Below are positions 56,903 through 64,000 of a DNA stretch of 64,000 nucleotides, one piece after another. This DNA is from Lama glama (taxonomy: Eukaryota), in contig CM052839.1 of assembly GCA_028534125.1 (NCBI GenBank), positions 45,136,001 through 45,200,000 on the forward strand, read 5' to 3'. Numbering within the stretch: the first letter of the stretch is position 1; every line of letters begins with the position of its first letter. The translations under genes were made by a program, and so were the position numbers. The notes below the pieces were generated by a model. The model worked only from the letters and a program-made list of their open reading frames with translations. It was not told the origin of the DNA and searched no databases.

Positions 56903-59900
56903 CTGAGCCTTCCTCCCTCTCCTGAGCAGCAAGGGCACCGGGGCCTGGATGAAGCAGCTTCCCTCCTCTGTCCCACCTCCATCATTGCTTCTCCTTCTCC
57001 TCCCCCACCTTTTCCACCTGACTCGGCCTCCTGAGGGTTTCAGTGCAGTGATTCTTTTTCAAGTAACGGCACTTCTCTCTGGGAGGACTGGGGCTGTGTT
57101 CCACCCTGCCCCTCTTGGCGCCCGACGCAGGCGGGTCACACGGAGACAGCCAGCATGTGCCGCTGTTCCAGTCATCTTGCTAAGGGGAGGTCCAGCCAGC
57201 GTGGTTTTTGCTCTCTGGGGGCGTGGAACCCGAGAGGCCAGGCTGGGGCTGCCGTGGAGCCCCTCTCCCCACGTCTGCGCTGGAGGGGTGGGCGCCTGGT
57301 GTGCTCTGAGCTGGCAGAAGGCGCGCTGGCCTCCTGTCTGGTGGACGTTCCTGGCCTGCCTGGTGGCCTTGTTGAGATGCCCAGCTCCCCCGGAGCAGCT
57401 GAGGGCACCTTGGCACCTGGGGCTGCTCCTTCTGGTTCTTGCAGGTGTTGCAGACCTGGCCGGGAGCCGGGGCTGGCTCTGCTTTGAGGTGTAGCCACCT
57501 CTCTCAGGGCTGGGAGGGTGTGGCAGCCCCGCCCCTCCGGCGTTTCCCGGGAGGAAATGCCTGGGCTGAGCTGGCCCCGCCCCTTCATAGAGGCCCCGCC
57601 CCTCGGCAGGAAGCCCCGCCCTGGCCTGGGAGCCGGAAGCCTTGGCTGAGGTCCTGCTAGTCCCAGGAAGTGGCCTGTTCAAGACACTCTTTTCCTGAGG
57701 AAGAGCAGGAGTCTGCTTTTCCTGTCTGTCTCTGTGTCTTTGAGTGGCTGATCCCCAGCTCTGACGCGGGCCACTCTGGTAGTGGACCGGCCATCAGGGC
57801 AGCTCCATCCAGGCTATAGTTTGTGGCCCCGACCTGGAGAGCCTGGCCCCGCCTGGGCCCGCAGGACGTCCTGGCTATTAGGCCTGCCTGCTTCGAGGCA
57901 GACATGCCCATGCACTGTCATCTGTCGGGGCGGGATCCTGACCTGTTGGGGCCCCTCGGGAGGTGGGGACTGACCCCCAGAGGCAGTGTGACCTGAGTGC
58001 TGAGCCCCCGGCTCCAGTGGCCTCCCCTGCTCCCTCAGAGCCTCCTTGTTTCCGCAGGGCCTCTCGAACTCGGGGGTCTTCACCAGGGGCCTGAGCCATG
58101 TGTGGCCCAGTGGGCAGTACATGCAGGTGGGGGTGGCCCTGGGCCCCACGTCTGGCACAGGGAGCCCCGCCCAGGCGTCCTCGAGCCGCAGAAGCCCCTG
58201 GCCTGACTCAAGCTACCTGCACCTCTTGGCAGAGGAGTTCGGCTTCCCGGCCTTGTGGAGCCCATGCGATTCTGGTTTCCAGGTGTGGAGACGCTGCCCG
58301 GGTCTCCTGTGTGTGGGTTTGGGCGTGGGCTTGCTCCGTGCTCCCGAGATGGGTGGTCTTTCTGGAGTCGCTCCCAGGGATCGTGTGCCTTCTGGAGCCC
58401 CTGGCCCACATGTTGCCCCTCCCAGTCTCGGGCTTAGTGTGTGCAGGACACTCACCAGGGAGGGTGGAGAGGCTGCCTGGGTGCCCACCAGGCAGGGGGT
58501 GGACCCTTGGAGCTGCTACACGCCTCCCTCAAGGCCTCTCTGTTGCCAGGCATGGCCAGTCTCATCCCCCTGGGCCAGCGCCCATGAAGCACTGAAGACA
58601 GGCTGTGTCTGGTGGTCACTGTCCATGGAGTGGTGAAGGGGGTGGGGGAGCTGATCAGACCTGCCCTAGGGGGAAGAAGAGGGAGCGTGTCCATCTGTCC
58701 ATCAGTCCGTCTGTGACAGGGTCCCCGTGAGTGAGACTGGGTCAGTGTCAGCCATTTTGGGGAACTGCTGATAATTGAGACTGTGTTTTGGGACTTCTAC
58801 AAAAAGAATTGTGTTTTTTTTTTTTTTAAAGAACTGATTTTAATTATAGGTCGGGGAACAGGCACTTAGGCATTTGGGGCACAAACTAGGACAAGGGTTC
58901 TGTCTGGAAGTAGCGAACTCACCAGGTGCTGACCTCACGGCCAAAGTCGCTGCCCGAACCTCCAGGGATTGCCAGATTCACTAGGCCAGGTGCCAACAAG
59001 AAACGCCCACCTGTGTGGAGGGGGCTCCAGGGGACAGGGTGTGGTGACAGGCCTCACCCAGCAACTTGTCTCTTTGGCCCAGGGTCCCCTCCCCTGGCAC
59101 GCAGGTGTGAGTGGTCGTGCTGTAGCCTGACTTCCGGGTTCTCAAAGCTTTGGGGTCTCTCTTGGGCACCTGGCTCCCCGCTGGTGAGTGGTTTCTAGGA
59201 CTTCTGACCATCAGAGCCTGAACGGTCTGGGCGGGGGTGTGGCTGGTGCCAAGGGCTGTCCCAGGGCACTGCGGGGAGCGGTGCGGGCAGGGCTGGGCAG
59301 GGTGCACGTCTCCCGGTGCATCCTGAGGGACTCGGTGAGGAATTCTCCCGTTTTGCTTTCCGTTGGCCCCACCCCCAGCCCAACTCCGATTAGAACAGAC
59401 TGAACACAAGCAGGAGCCCTTGTGCTCCAAGGGGCACCTTGACTGTTAACACCACAGCGGTTGTTTGTGCCTTCGGGAATTCACTGGGGTGTGTGGCCGG
59501 ACGGGGTGTCCTTCCCACACCGAGTGCCGGCACTGAGCGCCGAGGGAGGAGCCGGCAAGCCCGCAAGCAGGTGAGGGCCCAGGAAGAGAGGGCAGGAGGC
59601 AGGTGGCTGGGCCTGGGGGCAGGCGTGGGGCAGGGGTCACCCCTAGTGTGGTCCAGACCTGGTGGATGGAGCTGGAGAGCCAGGGCCTGGAATGTCCCTG
59701 CTGGCCCAGCTCTAGTTCTCTGCAGCCAATCCAGGCAGGCTCCTGCTGTTGGGAGAGCAGAGGGCCCGACCCGTAGCCCACCCACCCACCCAGGGTTGAG
59801 GTTGCCAGGGGCCCAGAGCCACTCTGATCCACTTCCCCATTCCCTCCCTGAGAAGCAGAGAGCGGAGCCTCGACTGTACCTGTTGAGGGACACGGGCTGT

Positions 59901-60715
59901 AGCTGGGGCCTGGTGGTCCCGTCCGTCTGCTCCCCTCCCTGGGTTCCCTCATTCCGGGAGGCATCCAGATTGCCTTCCGAGAAAGGGGAGAGACGCTTCT
60001 ATTTAAAGGGGTGTGTAATTAACAAAGCAGAAACAAAATAACCATAATTTAGATCTTCAAGAAAGATCACGGCAGGGGCTGGCCCGTGGACGGGTGCAGT
60101 TTGACGGCAGTGGTTCAAGCCTCTCTTGTGTCTGCTGTTCTCGTTTAAAAAGCTCTTCAGTGTGAAAGGCAGTCTGTGGACGAGGCACCGCGACCCAGCA
60201 GCGGGGACATCTTTCTTCAGAGTTAAATCAGTTAAGGGTCTGTCCGCCTGGAAAAAAATGAGAAGCCAGAGGCCGCTGCACCCTCTCAGGACCGCTGTGT
60301 ACAGAGGACACAGCGTTAGGACACTCAGGGTCCTCTGGGGGACTCTGCTCCCCTCCATGACTACCCCCAGGTCCCCCGATGGAGCCGCATGGTGGGCTGC
60401 CTGCCTGGACAGCACCAAGGGAAGTCTGGAGCTGCTCCTGTCAGAGCTAGGAAGGCCTTCGAGGGCAGCGCCGGACACAGCTCTCCTGAGAGCTGGCTGT
60501 GTGAAAAGTGCCCAGAACGGCAGGTGCAGCTGCGTTAATAGCGCGTTTTGTCAGCTGGGTGTGTGTAGAACGCCACGTTAGTGCGTAGACCCTGTTGAGA
60601 TGTTCTGCATCCTGCTTCCCCTCCTAAGTCTTTGAAGTTGGATGTGACCTGCTCACCTCCCGGGTCGCGTTCGGCAGGGGCTGCCCTGCCGGGCAGAGCT
60701 GATCTGGACCATCTG

Positions 60716-60810
60716 GGCCCTGGCTTTCCAGACGGAGAAATGGAGACCCAGAGGGTCCAGAGACTTGGCGGGGTTCACCCAGCAAGGTGGGCGTGGAGCC
60801 CAGGCCCCAG
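60716..60810 (-). mobile_element. MIR SINE fragment
   Basis: tttccagacggagaaatggagacccagagggtccagagacttgg resembles the antisense MIR core. Confidence 0.55.
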
Positions 60811-63800
60811 GGAGCAGACCCGTACGACAGGGATCCTGGAGGTGTGGTGCGCTCCCTGGCGGTCGCCCAGAGTCTTGGCTCATTGTGCTCATGGTTTGGT
60901 GAGACCTGTCCCCATGGGCCTTGGAGGCAGGTTGGTCTGTGGGCCTCAGGCCTTTGTAGTACGTCCAGCCCACTGGTGTGGACAGAAGTGGCCCCACGCT
61001 CTCTCCTGGGAGTCTGGCGTGGGGAGGCCATGGGCACGCATCTCCCACGACGTGCTTCCTGGATGCTGGCGTCTCAGTACCCCAGGCAGGGCGGGGCAGT
61101 GGGATCTGTTTGGTCCCAGACCCGCCAGCCGATCTGATGATAGCCGTGGCCCTTTCTCAGGGAAGCCGGAGCCCTGGGCCCTCAGGCCCCTGACGCCTGC
61201 CAGAGACTCTGCCCTTTCTGCCAAGGATGTGGGCAGGAGGGCGCGGTTACCTCTGTTCAGCCCGGGCCTGAGTCTTGCTCTGAGCCCTTCTTTAAATGAG
61301 ATTGAAGGGTTCTCCAGCAATCCGCTGCCACAGCTCCCACCACGCTCCCCCTGCCGGCCCTGGGCCGGCCTCCCTGTTCTGGGCCTGGGTTGTCGGGTCC
61401 CTCAGACCAGGGAGGGGGCACAGGCCTGGCCAGCAGGTGCCCGGTGACCGAGTGCCGTTTGGGGGCATCAGATTCCTGATGCTCCTTCCTGTGCGTCCCA
61501 GCTAGTCAAGTCCCTCATCCTTGCAGCGCTGGTTCCCAGCGTTGGTGGGGCTTTGAGGAACGTGGGAAAGCCACCATGGGGAGACCGAAGCCAGCGCCCC
61601 TCCCCCACCTCTGAGTCACTTGCTCCGGAGAGGAGAGGAGACACGTGTTCTGACCACTTTTGTCTTCTCGGATTACAGGGCTGTTCAGCCCAGGGTGACT
61701 AAGTGGGCGCGTTCTGTGGGTCTTAAATGCTTTCAGCTGGGTGTTTCTATAGTGCCGTCGCCATGGCACCCGCTAAGCTGGAGCCGGGCGGGGGGTGGGC
61801 AGGGACGGCTGTGGCTTCTCCCGCGGCTTGTTGTTAAGTCACTGGGGTGTGGGGTCACGCATGTTCTGTCCTCTGCGCTTTCCAGAAAGCGTGCACACTC
61901 CTGCATCTTGGGGGGTGTCCCTATCCACAGCGGCCAGGGGGCCTGGAGCCTGCGGGGTAGGGCGTCCTTCTGTCCCTCGCCTTCAAGGCCTTCGCTCCTC
62001 TCTTGGCCTGAATTGCCAGTATCTGCCCCGTGAAGTGGTGGCTTCTATCCGTGAGGAGCTGGTGTCCTGGAAGAGGAGTCAGGAGGACCGCTGTTCCTCA
62101 GCAGCAGGGCATGCGTGTGTCCCGGCCGGGGTGCTGGGTGTGAGGGCCCCCAGTGCCCATGGCCCCCCTCAGGCCAGCCATCTCTTGGGGGCCGCCAGGG
62201 TGGCTCTCCTGCCCACACTCCGGTTACCCCGCCTGAGACCTGGGCCACTGTCGGGCCTTGTTTGAATAAATGGAAATCTTAAAAGTAAGCCACCGCTCCT
62301 TGCCCTGGCACAGGAGGCCGCCAGGCATCTAATGAGGCCAGCGCCCTGCGCCTGCATGTCCAGCGCTGGCTTCCCTCCCCTCCAGGGAGCACGGGCGTTG
62401 ATGTGAAAGACGGTGCCGCAGCCTGAAAACCCAGAAACCGTCTGCAGGACGACGGGGACACCGGGCGGCTCGGGGAGGAGCTGTGCTCAGCAGCCGGCTT
62501 GGGGCGGCCAGACCCCGGGGGCCCACGTCCTGGTTTGCGCCGCTGTCCTGGGACGACCGCTCACAGAGGCGCCCCTCCCTCCTCGAAGTCCCTGTTCAGG
62601 TGGCAACTAGGCCTTCTAAGCGCCTCAGCCCGTCCCGCCCGGGCGTGGGGTCTGCACATGCCTGGCTCACCCTGAGTCCCCAGCTCCCAGGCCTGGCTGG
62701 CCTTGGAGCAGCCCCAAGGGGGAGTGGGAGGTGGGGACACCACGAGGGGCCTGGGTGGGGCTTCCTCTGAGGGTTAAACCCTGAACTCCTTCCAGAACCT
62801 CGCAGAGACTTCTCATGAGCCTTCCCTTAGGGGGCTCCTGGGACCCCAGCCGAGCCCGTGTGTGGGGTTGGGCTAAGGCAGGTATCCCTGTCCGGGGCTG
62901 GTTGGAGCCTGTAAGGCCACGTCCATGTCCGAACGTCCCCTGGAGGGGGGCAAAGCGAGCAAAGCGAGCGTGGGGCCCTTGGGGGCTTCACCCCAGCACT
63001 GGGCATTGCTTGTTTCGGCGACAGGGGAAGGAGTGTTCATCAGTGTCCCTTCTCTGAGCAAGCCCTGTCCCTTCCAGGCCCTTCTGTCCAGGAGTGTTTC
63101 CGCCCCCAGGCCTCCTGTCCTCACAGGCACCCCAGGGGTCTGAGCCAGCTCCTGGGTGGCATCTGAGGGCTCCCCCCACAGCGTGGCCTCGCCCACCATG
63201 CCCTCCACAGGCCCCCAGCAGCACCCCCGATCTGCAGGCGCACCCCCACTTCCCAGAGGAGCTGTGGTTCAGGAGGTTGTGCGGCAGCGGGGGCAGGAGG
63301 CACTGGCATGTTTAGTAACCGGGAGAAGAGCTCCCGGAGCCTCCAGGCTGCCGCGGCGGGCGCAGGGAGAGGGGTGAGGAGCAGGCCCGGCCCAGAGCCC
63401 GCTGGACACCCCCTGCCCTGGAGACCTCTCCCCTCAGACATTTCTCAGGCACTCGGGCCCCATGGTCATAGCCGTGACCCTGCCGCTCCCTCGGGTGGGT
63501 AGTGGGCTGGCCACATTGAGGCCGTTTAAGCTGTTCTCCCAGGGCGCGGAGGTGGGATTCAGTGTGGGAGGCGAGGTGGTCTGCAGAGCAGAGGGAGCAG
63601 GGTCCCAGTTCTGGTGACAGCACACAGCGCAGGGCAGGCCGTGCCAGGGTGTTGTGCTCAGGCTGGCAGAGCCAGTGCGCTGGTGACAGCCTAGGGGCCG
63701 AGCCCACAGCCGGCAGGCAGGCTAGTCCTCACCCCCCAGCTGAGCGCTGCTGCCCACCCACACGGTGTCAGAGCTGCAGGGAGGCCGCACCCTCGCGGCC

Positions 63801-64000
63801 CGGGCCTGCCCCTGCCGGAGGACGGGGCTCGATTCTGGAAAAGTTGCTCCCAGACAGAGACCCCAGGGCTGGGGTGTCTGCGCACCTCGTGGACAGTGGG
63901 TGCAGAGGGGAGGGGAGACAGGAGGGAGCTGGAAGGGCCCTGTGCCCACTGGAGCCCCCGGGGCTCGATGGGCGTGCACACAGACGCTGAGGGGGCTCTT

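Noticed and set aside
1-64000. Hundreds of 60-300 aa ORFs in the six-frame track as novel proteins
   Set aside because: They are Pro/Gly/Ala/Arg-rich, overlap on both strands and show no recognisable domains. This is expected in GC-rich non-coding DNA. Only the CHMP6 and BAIAP2 exon segments are supported.
1-64000. A novel prokaryotic-style system (CRISPR, defence island, operon)
   Set aside because: The DNA is clearly mammalian, with spliceosomal introns and eutherian repeats. There is no repeat-spacer array and no dense coding block.
54371-64000. BAIAP2 exon 7 or later exons inside the window
   Set aside because: I found no segment translating to the expected continuation (YIDAISNKQGELE...). 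Intron 6 appears to extend beyond the window end.

Overview
GC-rich mammalian genomic DNA, probably camelid (inferred from a tRNA-Ala-derived SINE and a young L1 3' end). It holds two intron-containing genes on the + strand. (1) CHMP6 (ESCRT-III Vps20 orthologue): coding exons 2-8 lie at 1988-5382, all with GT-AG junctions and a continuous frame ending in TAA. Exon 1 (N-myristoylation MG start) and the promoter are absent and most likely fall in the 100-N gap at 190-289. (2) BAIAP2 (IRSp53, I-BAR/IMD protein): a CpG-island promoter with TATA, CCAAT and GC boxes, then coding exons 1-6 (aa 1-163) at 19875-54370. The gene continues beyond the window. The rest is intronic or intergenic DNA with decayed transposons (Tigger1, L1M, L2, MIR, MLT1, MER21), one tRNA-derived SINE and three round-number assembly gaps. 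Nearly all ORFs in the supplied six-frame track are chance ORFs of GC-rich non-coding DNA. I find no evidence of a new protein-coding system. The best leads are regulatory or structural: a 34-bp tandem repeat that copies a CHMP6 splice donor, a mirtron-like hairpin, antisense splice sites suggesting a divergent lncRNA, D-box/MEF2 clusters, candidate internal BAIAP2 promoters, and strongly GC-shifted ancient L1 copies. Repeat subfamily names and human comparisons are from memory of consensus sequences, not from searches.
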